A stretch of DNA of 57,783 bases, the filler included, from Circinaria calcarea (lineage: Eukaryota): NCBI GenBank assembly GCA_051942165.1. It is 5 parts of 5 records of this genome, joined end to end, with 100 filler letters (N's around TTAATTAATTAA, not from the genome) between each part and the next. Parts side by side here need not be neighbours in the genome. Positions count along the whole stretch, not along the records: positions 1 to 11,497 come from JAVECS010000678.1; positions 11,598 to 23,078 come from JAVECS010000679.1; 3 more parts are not named here. The stretch is one strand, 5' to 3'. A program made the position numbers and the translations under genes. Below the pieces are notes generated by a model. That model was not told the origin of the DNA and searched no databases. It saw nothing but the letters and a program-made list of their open reading frames with translations. This document shows positions 1 through 11,951 of the stretch, in pieces (position 1 is the stretch's first letter; each line of letters opens with the position of its first letter).

Positions 1-1001
1 TTTTAAAAGAGAGAGGGTGGGGGGAGAAATATCGAAAGAAAACCCCGGAAGCAATTAACCCCGTAGAAAGTAACTACAGAAGGGTATTGTTAGATGTCAG
101 ACATGTGACATTCTTCGTAATCGCCCGTAATGACCACATACACGAAAAAAAAGGTGCCGAGGGAAAAAGATGACAGCAAGGCTGACGGCGCCCCGGGCGA
201 CCCGCAGAGATTGCGACATGCGATCCGATCCGCGCTAGTTTCACCATGTCACATCGGGTGGTGGAAGGGGTACTTCTTCAAGAAACGCCACCAAAACAAC
301 GTTTCTTGGGTTCTTGAACTCCTCTTGCCCCAAGTCAAGCAAGTCAAGCATGTGAGATGCAAAAACTTCTCTAAGAGTTAAAATTCAGAACCTGTTCGCG
401 AGAGAGCACAAGTTTCCATCTAAAAGACATGTATAGGAATTCACTAGCAACACCCTGCCATCCACAACGACGACATTTTCCAAGTCACACAGCTTCCTCA
501 ACTTCGACACTATCGCCCAAAACCATGATAAGCAGACCCGGGTACCCCGTTTCCCTTCTCCCCCCCCCAAAATCAAAAATCTAACAAATCTAAGCGGATC
601 GTAAGCCAAAGGAGGTGGGTATCAATCTAAAAATGCTTCAAATAACCGCTAAAAGCAAAGAATACTCCGTGTATGAAGGCTGGGAGAGTAAAACAATGTC
701 AACCCATTTCAGGTGAAAAGCCCGATTACTCTCCAATCGAGGATATCACCTTAACGATTTCAAAGTAGAATAAAGACGCCGGTCCGGAGCGCTGATAAGG
801 ATATGCTCGTGTCCGAGATAAACGATGTGCAGAGATAACGTGTCGAGCAAACGGTCCGACCGCTCCGGCATATGGGTAGCTGCAGCTGTGGATTGAGGGA
901 AGCGAGGGCCGGGTTGACAAGATGTCAATCTGAAAAAGCTCTCCCAGATTGAATCTTGTCGCCGTTCGCAAAACCCAATCGGCTCCAGCCAATGATTGCA
1001 T

Positions 1002-1826
1002 CTAGAAGGTGCTCCAGTTCCAGTCACGTGGTACGCTGGCCGCTGCGGGCAGTTTTGGTCCATCAGAGCCCGTACGATTGCCCGCCACCCTTCCAATACC
1101 GATTGCGGGGGAGGCTGATATAGCGGTGATACTAGAGCTGATACTGTTCGTTCTCGACGACCTATGGGCCTTCCAGCTCCGATATCGTTCCCAGCAATGT
1201 TTGCAAGCCCGTGACTCGAAGCCATTGGGATGGAACTCTGCATCTTGGTCCAACGGGACTATGTAATGCGAATGGGTGTTGCAGAAGACGTGACCGCAAT
1301 GCCGGCAATGGTGTCGCCGTTCGAAAAGGTTAAAGGTCTTGTAACACATGGGAGCGTCGCAGATCACAGCATTTGCATCGGGCTTCCAATGGTCGCGTGT
1401 CGGAGTACCCGTCACATTCCCCAAGTCCTCCTCTGGCATCATTTCGTCTACAATTGGCTGCTCCGTGTCATCCGTTGCTGGGTCGCTGGTGGGTTGCCGG
1501 CTTGGTGGCCTGAAACTACCTGCTCCATCGAGACTATCTGTGCTGCCATGCATACTTCGAGGCGGAGTCAATGGCGAAGGTCGGTAAGGTCTTTCGGTAG
1601 GGCGTAGGACTGCCGGGACGTACATTGGTGTCTTGAGCGGTCGTAGTTGACGCGTGGCAAGAGGAAGGTTCGAGAGAAGGGCGGGGGCTCGCGGAGACGT
1701 CGGGGATACGTTCGTCGGCGTAGGCGAGATGGAATTCGGGGGAGAGGTATGCTGAGCTCCATAAATGTTGATCTGGGAGTCCGGCGGGGTGATGTAGGCC
1801 TGACTACTATGGTAACTGCTTGCCAT
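1002..1826 (-). CDS. PIB2: Pib2-like FYVE zinc-finger protein (vacuolar TORC1 regulator), 274 aa
   Basis: Single ORF with FYVE motifs WKPD...C..C...RRHHCRHCGHVFC..C..C, an upstream RQL..PMYVPAVLR segment resembling Pib2 region E, and a C-terminal tail VPRDWNWSTF typical of Pib2. Confidence 0.85.
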   Translation of the reverse strand: MASSYHSSQAYITPPDSQINIYGAQHTSPPNSISPTPTNVSPTSPRAPALLSNLPLATRQLRPLKTPMYVPAVLRPTERPYRPSPLTPPRSMHGSTDSLDGAGSFRPPSRQPTSDPATDDTEQPIVDEMMPEEDLGNVTGTPTRDHWKPDANAVICDAPMCYKTFNLFERRHHCRHCGHVFCNTHSHYIVPLDQDAEFHPNGFESRACKHCWERYRSWKAHRSSRTNSISSSITAISASPAIGIGRVAGNRTGSDGPKLPAAASVPRDWNWSTF

Positions 1827-3566
1827 GGCCGCTGGCTGAGAAGAAGCTTCGTAGATGAGCGCAAATCACGAGGAGAGTCCGCACAGCCTGGTAGACCTTT
1901 ATAGGGCTTCCCCGAGTCCGAAGATAGGAGAATTGTAGATATCAATACGCAGGAGCAGAGGCGCGGTTCACGCCCGTGCCAGGACAAGGATGCGCCTGTC
2001 AAGAGCGATATGTGTGTGAATGCTCGTTATCAGACATCCGCCCACTTGATGGGCAGGCAGATGCGAGCAGTCTTATGTATGCGCGTTGACGGACAGAGCA
2101 GCCGGATAGGAAAGCCGCAATGGGAGATGGATGATATGATGGTGAATTGCAATTTGGATGCTGACTGGCTGCCGGCGAGACACGGCAGCAGATCCAAGTG
2201 GCTGAAACGGGAGAGGGAAGCACGAGGGAGCGGATCTTCAAGTACCTTTGATGGTTTGCCAACCGTCCCGTTGCCGGCGAGTGGAGATGAAGAGAACATT
2301 GGGAGAAGATTCCCCGTCCGACCCTATTATTATTTATGATTATTTCCTCGACCGTCCTAAGGGAATTAGGGCTTGAGCTACGAAGACAACTGGTCGCTTA
2401 TTGACGGCTAAATTAGCAAATAACTCCAAACCTTGGCGACGAGAATGCTTCGGGCAAGTGGTCGCATGGGTCGACGGCTCCTTTTCCGCAGCATTTTCTT
2501 TCATCGGGTCCCAGTACGGATACTCGTAAGCCCATTCTTTGTTTGGAGATGGCTCTTGCGAGATGCTGGCGGTTTCGATCTTTCGCCTTCGGATCTGCGA
2601 CCTGGGCATCGTCGAGAAGAAAAGTGATTTGGCTGCAGTTGCTTGCCCCGGCCGACCTGTCATCTCATTCGGTGGCGTCAATCGTCTGCAATCACAGGCA
2701 ACATGTGGCATTTTCCTCCGTCATCGGCACTAGGCATCAGGCTTAGCCGGCGATAAGAAGTCGAAAAGCGGCCAATCATTCCAGTAAGTAGCGCGCGGGG
2801 TCTGGGCTTCCGTGAAGCCGCTGCCGACCCTGCATATCCCCCAAATCCTTCCTGACTTGCGAAACCCTACAGTCGGGCTCGCTTGAGTCTTTTGGATATT
2901 GCGATCATCCGAAAGGCGGTGATGATAAGGGGGGTGGTGCTGCTGCATCATTCCTGCATCACCAGCACTCTCCTTCTGCCGTCCGGGGAGGAGGTCGATT
3001 TCAGACCTCGACTGCACATGCTCAGGAGTTGCGACGCTTATATGGCAAGATCCTACAGGAAATTGCTCCGTCCTTTCCCTCCTACCAGGGTGGCCCGATC
3101 AGAATTTACAATAACAATAGATTGTTGCCGCTCCTCCGCTTCTCCAGGCTATTGGGATCGAATATATTGACTTGCCATTGCGAGATACGCCAACCTTTAT
3201 TCGGTAGGTATACTCAGGGTGGTGATGAATGGAACGGGGAAGACTAGTGAGGAGAGGGGGTTGCTTGTACTACACACATGATCCAGGCCTTGATGTCACA
3301 CTGACACCCCTCGTAGTGGAGTGAGCTGGCTTTAATGGTGGTCACCGCATATGCATGTCGGGAAGTTAGAGACGTTTTCTTGCTATCTCTACCTTACAAC
3401 TGCGTTCCCAAACGCTCGTCAAGCTTCCCAATACCAATTCTAGGCAGACCTCCCTAGCTTTTGGAGGTGACAAAAGAGCCTGAATATCGACTACACACTC
3501 GCATGTACAAAGTGATGTAGTTATATACTAGTGTTTGATGTACCTCAGGAGACACTGCTGCTGTCA

Positions 3567-4625
3567 CTAGAAAGTCCCATGGTAACAGTCTAACTTCATA
3601 CTCCACCATTCATCTGAGTCGTCTTCAGGATTCTGGGGGATGTCCCTCGCGTTCAAGCTCTCCACTTTTCGCTTTAATGCCTCAAGCCTGCCCATGAGCT
3701 TCTGAATTCGATCCGGCAGTAGCATTTCTAATGAATCCTTACCCAGATGGACAGCCATTCTCAAAAATAGGCTGAGCTTTCCTTCGGCAAATCCCGATGC
3801 GTAGTCCATGTGTCGCGAATAAGGGTCGCCAAAAATATCTTCCCCAATTTCACTGAGCACAGCCGGGCTCCAGAACTGTACAAGTGTCCTAAGCCTAGTG
3901 ACGAATGATCTGCAGGTCCACATCTCTGTCTGGTCACATTGCTGATACTCGTTTATATGACTCCAATCTGGCCGTTGCTGGTTGCCGCCATCGGGGACAC
4001 AATATGTAAACCATCTGAGACGTGATTCGTTACTTAAAGGTTGACTACTGTTCTGCAACCGATCCTGTGCCAAGAAGTGGTCGACGTTGTGATGGAAAAG
4101 TTCACAGTAAATCCAGTAGTTTAGAAGGGCTATTTCTGGATTCTCGCAACCATTAAGGCAATCCCAAGGGCTCAGATCTATGCCCTGTCTTAGACTCTCA
4201 AGTTTAAATCTCTCATGGCCAGCCTCACGATCGACCATCTTAATCAATGGGTGCAGAAGGTCGCCCTTGGCAGCATACAAGGTTCTGATGTCTTCCAAGC
4301 TGAGTCGTGCGACCTGGGTAGCAAGATTTAAGAGACCTTCGTTGCCCAGAAGAAGGGTCTCGTAGAGCTCGGCGCGGTTCTCATCAGATTGCACAGCCCA
4401 GTCAGCGACTTGACGCGCGACTCCTGCCAGAAGTAGATGCGGATGCGGTGGAAGTAATGATTGGCCATGAAGCTTGGGAAAGGCTGGAGGCAATGTAGCT
4501 TTCGATGATTCACAAACGCGATAGAAGACTCGGCAGGTTCGTAAAAGAGAGTAGAGATCCTGAAGGGAGGAGAGGCGATACGGTAAGAGTTCCAGCAGCT
4601 CAGCAGGAAGGTCGAGGAGCTGCAT
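3567..4625 (-). CDS. F-box-like protein of unknown function (~352 aa)
   Basis: Long intronless ORF. The likely start is the ATG at 4625, giving MQLLDLPAELLELL...LQDLYSLLRTCRVFY, an F-box-like N-terminus. The ORF-track start at 4877 is a non-ATG extension. Confidence 0.65.
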   Translation of the reverse strand: MQLLDLPAELLELLPYRLSSLQDLYSLLRTCRVFYRVCESSKATLPPAFPKLHGQSLLPPHPHLLLAGVARQVADWAVQSDENRAELYETLLLGNEGLLNLATQVARLSLEDIRTLYAAKGDLLHPLIKMVDREAGHERFKLESLRQGIDLSPWDCLNGCENPEIALLNYWIYCELFHHNVDHFLAQDRLQNSSQPLSNESRLRWFTYCVPDGGNQQRPDWSHINEYQQCDQTEMWTCRSFVTRLRTLVQFWSPAVLSEIGEDIFGDPYSRHMDYASGFAEGKLSLFLRMAVHLGKDSLEMLLPDRIQKLMGRLEALKRKVESLNARDIPQNPEDDSDEWWSMKLDCYHGTF

Positions 4626-5401
4626 CTTGTTTGATATAGTGAAATCGGGTGTCTTAGTAAGGATACTTGCTGGATACCTGCCTCCTGGCCGGAAAGAGGA
4701 AGACTGTTTATACAATAGGAGATGCTTGATCGCCACAATCAAAGCACTGATGCCGATGCTTGAAAGAGACTTGAGTAGGTGTGATGTGACGTGTAAGGAA
4801 ATCTTCTTGCAGAAGATTGGGTTTTTGACAGTGACGAGCAACAGTTGACTGAATAGATGATGTGAAGCAAAATCCACAAACAGTACTTTGTTTTTGTACG
4901 CGAAGTCTGTCTAACAGAAGCTCAGGACGCTTTCTACTTCCTGGTAATGCCAAAGGAGTAGCCCTTGGATAAATGGTGATGTCTAACGCTTGCAGAGATG
5001 CTATTGTTTTGATATTATTTTTCCGGATAGGTAAACTCTACGGTAGTACCAGTTGGGCCTAGGTCCATCTTCGTCTTCCCTCCGTCCATATCTACCAGTA
5101 AATCGACATGAAGCTTTTTCGATTGATAGTTCATCCACGCATAGGCCCCTCGCCATTTGGTAACTTTGGCCCCGCTGCGCCTCGAAACGCCTTCCATAGA
5201 GGGCGTGAAATTATCGGCCTGTTCGGGTCCCACATAACCTGCTCCGGCTTACCCGTGAAGGAGCCGGAGCTATCAATCCAAGAACCCATCTTAACTTACA
5301 AATCATTGTCAACATAAAAGCTAGGTTCTCCTCTCTTCTTCATCCTACATCTCCAAGTTATCTAGCTTTCTCATCTGCGCGCCTGAATTTTTCTTCAAAC
5401 C

Positions 5402-5941
5402 ATGGCACACCTCCAATACTACTTCTACAACGGTGTGCGGGCAGAGGGGTTAAAGCGCTACTGGAACAGCCAGGCCGTACGCGTCGGAGACCGCATCGAG
5501 ATCGCAGGTCAAGGTACTACGTCCTTACCCCCCTCCCGTCGTCCTTCCCCCTCCATATAAAAAGCTATCTTCACCCCCCTAACTCACTCCCTCTCCACCC
5601 AAACAGGCGGCTGGGACATCCCCACCGTCTCCATCCCCCCCTCCGCCAGCGCCCAAATCGACCAAGCCTTCTCCAACGTCGACGTCGCGCTCAAGACGGC
5701 CGGCGGTACCGGCTGGAACCAGGTCTTCCGGATCAATTCGTACCACATCCCGCTCGACGGCGAAGCCAAGGCGGCCATGCTGCGGAATGTGAGGCAGTGG
5801 TGCCCCGGACATTATCCGATCTGGACGTGTGTCGGGGTTGAGGCGTTGGCGATGAAGGAGATGAAGGTGGAGATTGAGGTTGTGGCCGTTGATGGGGGGG
5901 ACGGAGTTGGAGGGGAAAAAGGGAAGGAGAGGGGGACATGA
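5402..5941 (+). CDS. Rid/YjgF/L-PSP family protein, 2 exons
   Basis: Manual splice: exon 5402-5513, intron 5514-5606 (GTACTA...CTAAC...CAG), exon 5607-5941. Product MAHLQYY...SQAVRVGDRIEIAGQGGWD...QIDQAFSNVDVAL...PIWTCVGVEAL...MKVEIEVVA. Absent from the ORF track. Confidence 0.9.
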
Positions 5942-6608
5942 AAGGGGATAGGCGAAGTGGATTGGGTCTGGTTCATCAGTGGCGTTGAGTTCCGAACCCC
6001 ATCCACAAGATACGGATTGGACTGTGGTAGGCAGACTCTGACTGCCTCATCTCTAATCATGCCCATTGACTTGGCCCGTAATACTTCAAGTTTCCTGTTG
6101 TGCGGAGCTCTCAATTTTCCATGACGCGCATTTAATGGTCATAACGGTCCAAAATGTCGACAAAGCTTCATGAACGCCGGTATGACAAACCAACATGTTC
6201 GGGTATGTATCACATTGCTCTAGGAGAGGGTGAGCACCGCCTCGTTACCGGAAGCACTCTTTAAAAAGACATCACAATTAATGCCTCCGTTTAGACAGTA
6301 GAACTTCCAGTGCATCGGCACTCCCAGTATCCAGTCGAGTTTTCATCATGGATCTCATGACATGTGCGTAGGGGAGAGTTGGAAAAACGTGGCATTTTTC
6401 GTCGATTGGAAACGTTGAGAATTGAATGGAAGTTAGGAATTAGGACCGCAATAAATCACGTTTTATTTCAGAGAAATAGGGGGTGGGAGTCAAATTAGAC
6501 AGTGTCTCGATTGATCTAGGTCATTGTCTAACGTCAACAGCTGTTCCACCCATCCACCATTCCATCAACTCCTTGTAGCGTAACCATCGGGTCAAACGAA
6601 TCAACCTC

Positions 6609-6973
6609 CTACGACTGTCCCATTTCGTCGAGGCGCTCTTGGGCCGATTCCTTGGCTTCATCGGATACATTGGGGTTCTTGAGAGTGCTGTTCTAGAATT
6701 AGATATCTAAGTGCCGGTGTGTACCAAAGAGGATACGTACGCCTTCAGGCCACCGGCAACGTTGTTGGGGTTCTTGCCCTCCATGTTGTCGGAGCCGGTC
6801 TGGACGTCTCCAAGTTCGCCCTCAAGGACCTCCTTGGAGTGCTGCTTGGCCTCTTCGGATGTGTCTTGGTATTGTTAGAGTTGACGAGATGAATAGAAAA
6901 GCGGGACGCTTAACATACTTGGGTTGTTGAGGTTAGCCTTGTGGCCTCCGACGACGTTACCTGGATTGGCCAT
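6609..6973 (-). CDS. con-6: Conidiation protein Con-6 family hydrophilin, 3 exons
   Basis: GT-AG introns at 6865-6918 and 6688-6740. Spliced product MANPGNVVGGHKANLNNPNTSEEAKQHSKEVL...KNPNNVAGGLKATLKNPNVSDEAKESAQERLDEMGQS contains two Con-6 repeats. Confidence 0.92.
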
Positions 6974-8700
6974 GTTGATTGGTGAGGGGTTGTTTTGGAT
7001 ATGTGGTTCGATTTCGAGTTGTGTGAGAAGTACGTGTGGATGAGGGATGATGGTTAAGTAGAGAACAGGTGGGGCAAAGGAGGCAGTTATATACACCAAG
7101 AAAGTCAACAGTGAATGACTGAGGGGTAAAGAAGCCATAGCTCAGAATTAACTTTCTAGGTAACCTTTCCGAGATTCACTGACAGCTGCCTGGTGGGATC
7201 ACACTATAGTAGGTAGGCAGCAATCTGCAACTGTCCACTTTAGACATTCACTGACACGGGGCACTCAAGGCTTCCCACTCAAGCTAATGCTGGTTGACAG
7301 CCTTTTAATGATGTCAGTGGTTCCTTAACTGCTCACGGACTGCAGTATGCGTGTGGTGCATCTAGAGTCTTCATCTGCTAGCCGTTCATCTTCCATGAGC
7401 GTTGAGCTGATCACAGCTTAAAAGGGATCTTGACGTCAACCAATTGACCCAAGCAACATCAAACCCAGCACTCTTCAGTCACGCCATGCTTCTTCTAGAT
7501 GACGGGAGTGTAGGTAGTCAATGCCGTTGGCCCATAGCGAACGGATGCATGCAAGAGACGCGGCAAATTAGTATTTGGGTGGTGTGACAGTGGGGTGATG
7601 GTGGCAGCGTACTTGACGTAGCCCAACCTCCGTGTTTGTAGATCACCGACAATGAGGGAGCGGCGGCGAAGAAATTCAAAAGAATCTAGACGCGACTCAA
7701 GTTTTAGCTTGCATCCTAGTGCTTCGCGAACGCATGTGACATCACTGCAGAACCCCGCACTCAGAGCGAGTCCTAGGCATCTGCAGCCACCTCTACTGCG
7801 GTTTCTTCCCATGACTCAGATATCATGTGTTTCGGGAACGAGTGTGCTTCCTTAATAGGTACTGGTACGGACTCAGGACCGTTGTCATCCTAGGATACTC
7901 CATAGTCGACACGCGTGACGGGAGATGGGAGATCAAAAGGTATTTTGCGCTGATGCCGCGTCTTTGACGAATAGTCTACCCACAAATAGCACTGCTTCAA
8001 GTCAGGTGTGCAACGGCGCAAATATGCCGCCTTGCGATATTGTTCTGCTCGGTTCCGTTGTGTAAGCTTTCGAATATTTCCTACAACTGTTTCGGACGTG
8101 CAACGAAGTGCCAAGGTATGGACATGCCTGTTCAATGATACCAAACATGAAACTCTGGGCCAAGATTGTCAGATTGAACAAGTGACGGATTCAGAGAAGA
8201 GTATAAGCAAAATGAGAGCTATCACTTGTGACTTCCTCAATCGCGAAGATGCAGAAATACCCCTAGCCAGAGAGTTGGTATGCACCGAGACTCGTAGCAT
8301 CACGCGTTGATGCATGCTCTCAATACTGGGAGCATAGTCTTTCGGTACCCTCCTCTGCCGGCTTGCTACCGCTTTTACTTTTCGTATAAAGAGTCTTCGA
8401 CTACCTAAATTTCCGGAGTCTATCAATTGGCTCTGCACTTGAGCAGCCTTATCACTTGTAACGGTAGGACAATCGTCTATAATCACAAGGCAATGGCTGC
8501 TGCAACAAGGCAACATCTATAACATTAGGGCACAGCTGCATCCATCGATCAAAATCTACTAAGCCGAGAGAATTTCGTGTAACGATACGGCAGCATCCCA
8601 TTTTATAAATCCAATTGTTGATAGCCTGCTGATACTCACCTTCGATTTCCTTGATCACCGCCAATTCATCTGATTGGTACCACCATACAGTATCACCGGA

Positions 8701-10383
8701 ATGGAGCCAAAAATACTACAGGCAGCTCAAGGTCAAAGCTCTTCGGCAGACCTGGAGAAGAACTCCCTCCCGTCTTCTACAGCGTTGCCTTCGGAGGCTC
8801 CCTCAGGTATCATTTCTACGGCCTCATGTGATATGTGCGACTCGGATTCTTCTAAACGTAATAGGATGTCCCACCGTCTTGAGATCATCCACTACCTCGA
8901 AGACCCTAAAAATATAAGGGGAAGATCAAATGGTTGATCACCATTGTTGTTGCTGGTGCTGCGGTCTTGGACCCGTTGGGACTTCTACTTTGTAGCGTAT
9001 GATCCCAGGTTATTTCGTCAGACTAGTCTCTCCTAACAACGCAAATAGCGGCTTTGCTGGACCTTTCCATTGATTTACAAGTCTCATCCACTGTCGCAAA
9101 TCTCTCAACCGGTCTCTCCTTTATAAGCCCAGGAATTTTTTTCCTCTGGTGGTCTTTCGGGCGACGTGCGGCATATATTGCATCATTACTACTTTACTTG
9201 GTTTTCAATATACAGTCGGCGGAACCCACTTTGATTGGCATGTTGATAACAACACGACTCCTAAGTAGTGCCGCCTCTGCATCGGTAATGGCAGTTGGAG
9301 CAGGTACCAGCGCAGATATCTGGACGTAGGTGAAAGGGGCACGGCAGTTGGGATTTACTTTATTGGTATATTGGCCACTAACGGCATCGGACCTGTTATT
9401 GGTGGTGCCCTAACGGAGCAATGGGGCTGGAGGGCAACACAATGATTCTTGACGATATATGGCACAGTGCTCTTCGCCAGCTTTTTGTTTTGCTTACTCG
9501 AAACACATCGATTCCAAAGGCCAGCGTCATCCAAAGAAAGGTTCCCATCGATTGGCCAGGCGGGAAACCGTCTACATTGCGGGATTAAGGCTAAGCTCGT
9601 TGTTGCTAGACATTTCTTCCTCGACCCACTTCGTATCCTCGTTTACGTACGGTATCCTGCTATCCTAACCTATCTCGCAAGTGTAACCTGGGGAACCTTC
9701 CTGTTCCTCTGTTAGCGTCCAGAAATCCTTTTCCAGTCCTCTGTACGAATCTTCCGCACTCGCTGTGGGTTCGACGTTTCTTCCTTTATCCATGGGTCTG
9801 ATACTTGCTTCGATCCTGGGCGGTAGATGGTCCGATTATGTCATGACTCGATCTGTGAAACGGGCGGGTCGCTACGACAGAGGAGGCTTACATACTTATC
9901 GGCCTGAGGATCGCCTACAATCTGTATGGTTATCCGTGATCCTCTGCCCTGGAGCATTGATGTGGTATGGATGGGCAATTCAAAAAGAAATTCATTGGGT
10001 CACGCCTGTTTGTCTCCTTCTCCTTCCCTCGGAATTATCCTTACCTACCTGATCTTGAATAACAACTGACTATTCCTTTATCTAATCAATCGTCATTTTC
10101 CTCTTTGGTGCCGGAAGCATGCTCATCTTTGGCCTGGTCACCATCATGCTCACTGAAAGTGTGCCCAGCAAAGCAGCGTCAATAATCGCTCTTAATAGCT
10201 TTGATCGGAACATCCTCGCCTGCGGTTGCACCGTCGCTGCTCAACCATTGACCATGGTGGTTGGAAACGGATGGCTTTTTAGCGGTTTGGCGGCCATCAT
10301 GGCGGCGAGTGCGGGGAGTGGTTTATGCTTTGAAGAAATTGGGGGCTAGGTGGCGGGAGGAGATGGCAGGGAGAGCTGGGTGA
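8701..10383 (+). pseudogene. Disrupted MFS drug:H+ antiporter (DHA1-like)
   Basis: MFS motifs (DPKN..KWLIT, FGRRAAYI, AGTSADIW, GPVIGG..WGWRATQ, LGGRWSD, PEDRL) are spread over different frames. There is an in-frame TGA at 9443-9445 where Trp is expected, and frameshifts near 8915, 9330 and 10315. Confidence 0.75.
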
Positions 10384-10953
10384 AAGAAGTTGGATGGGGG
10401 TTCTTAAACAATTGTATAACAAGGAACGGAGGTGTAGAGAGTCCGGCATTGCATTTGTATGTGACCATGCAAGAGTCACGAAAGGGGAGAGCGGATTATG
10501 GTATAAACAAACGTAACTGTAGGCAGTCCATTTTATAGAAACAATTTCTCTCCCTGAAGGTAACTTTGAGATAAGTTACGCACCCCTGGCAAGGATTTGT
10601 TTCTCTTTCATTTGATTTGATTGCAAATAATCCAGAACCAGTACATTATAACAAGCGTATTGTTTTGTTTCAATCTTCCCGCGTGTAACCTCAGCCTTAC
10701 GAAACTGTCAAAGATTGTTAGTCATCGGGCGGTTCAGACGCGAGGACGCTAGCCGGGGTTCGTCGACCTGAAGATCAAATAGTCGGTGGCAGCTGTAACG
10801 GCGACTTCAGAGACTGAGCTGCCCATCTCCATTTGCCATTTCTCACAGCTCCCTATATCGTATTTTTTATTCCTAGACGGCTGTGCCGAGGCATCCGAAT
10901 TAAATTGTTCAACAAACAAAGCTCCCATACTCTAGTTGCGTTTCACATCAGTC

Positions 10954-11497
10954 ATGCGACCATCCTCCAGACCACGCAATAGCCTCCTCTCAGCCCTCAT
11001 CTTCCTTCCCAGCCTCACAACAGCCATAACATTAGACTGCGAGCAAATCGTCACGGGTGGTGCCACGTTCAACCTCAAACCTCTATCGGGGCCACACTCA
11101 GTCTCCGCCATCTCAGAGGAACCTCCCATATTCAACACAACCTATACAATCGACATATGTCAACCGATCAGACCGGAGAAAGGAATCCCAAAAGGGAAGA
11201 AATGTTCTTCGGGTACTCGTGGTAAGTCACCAACCTCTACCTCGTCCCACCTACTTGATAATATATGCTGGACTTATCAGACCTACGATTAACGTATCCG
11301 ATGCAGTTTGCGGTCTCCGGCGTGAACTCGACGGCGAAGATGTAATTGAGGCTATTGATATTGCCGGCAATTACGAGATGAACGGTGGTTCTCTCGACCC
11401 TAAGTTAGAGCGGCTGAAGACCTCACCCTCGCACAGGGACAGCCAGCTTGAAGGCTTACGCATAGAAATGGGTGGGGGAAAATTCGAGCAACGGAAA
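10954..11497 (+). CDS. ATG27: Autophagy protein Atg27 (signal peptide + MRH-like lumenal domain), 3'-truncated by contig end
   Basis: Signal peptide followed by LDC..I...FNLKPLSGPHSV...NTTYTIDIC, intron 11222-11306, then VCG...IDIAGNY...LDPKLERLKTS...EGLRIEMGGG. Confidence 0.8.
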
Positions 11498-11597
11498 NNN
11501 NNNNNNNNNNNNNNNNNNNNNNNNNNNNNNNNNNNNNNNNNTTAATTAATTAANNNNNNNNNNNNNNNNNNNNNNNNNNNNNNNNNNNNNNNNNNNN
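11498..11597. other. Artificial contig-joining linker
   Basis: 44 N + TTAATTAATTAA (stops in six frames) + 44 N. Confidence 0.98.
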
Positions 11598-11753
11598 GTA
11601 GTAGTGGCGTGTGTGATTTTCCGGGGGGGGGGGGAAGAAATTGTCAAAATGTGTTTTTGACATTTGATTTTTTTTTAAAATAAAAATTATCGTGGAGTGG
11701 GTAGTAGTGGCGTGTGTGATTTTGGGGGAAAATTTGTCAAAATGTGTTTTTGA
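11598..11753. repeat. Imperfect direct repeat at contig start
   Basis: GTAGTAGTGGCGTGTGTGATTTT at 11598-11620 and 11701-11723. TTGTCAAAATGTGTTTTTGA at 11641-11660 and 11734-11753. Confidence 0.85.
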
Positions 11754-11951
11754 AACTTTTTGGTAGGTTGGTGTCATTATTAATATATAAAACGACATCC
11801 CATTTTTTTTCCCGAGTTCCTTTATGGAAGAATTGGGGCGAAATGAAAAAAAGGTCATGTGTATCATCAACATATCCAAAAGAAGCCATCAAGCCCCATC
11901 GCATCTCGACCGAGCAAACAAGCTGAACGGGCAAGAACCCTACACCCGCTT

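Noticed and set aside
5015..5317. Short ORFs between the F-box and Rid genes
   Set aside because: No recognisable domain or convincing start/splice model. Possibly a decayed fragment, but unsupported.
11542..11553. TTAATTAATTAA motif repeated four times at ~11.5-kb spacing
   Set aside because: Synthetic six-frame-stop spacer embedded in N runs, not a biological repeat or CRISPR array.
11598..11900. Direct repeats as an LTR or CRISPR-like array
   Set aside because: Only two copies, homopolymer-rich and at a contig end. Likely a local duplication or low-quality terminal sequence.
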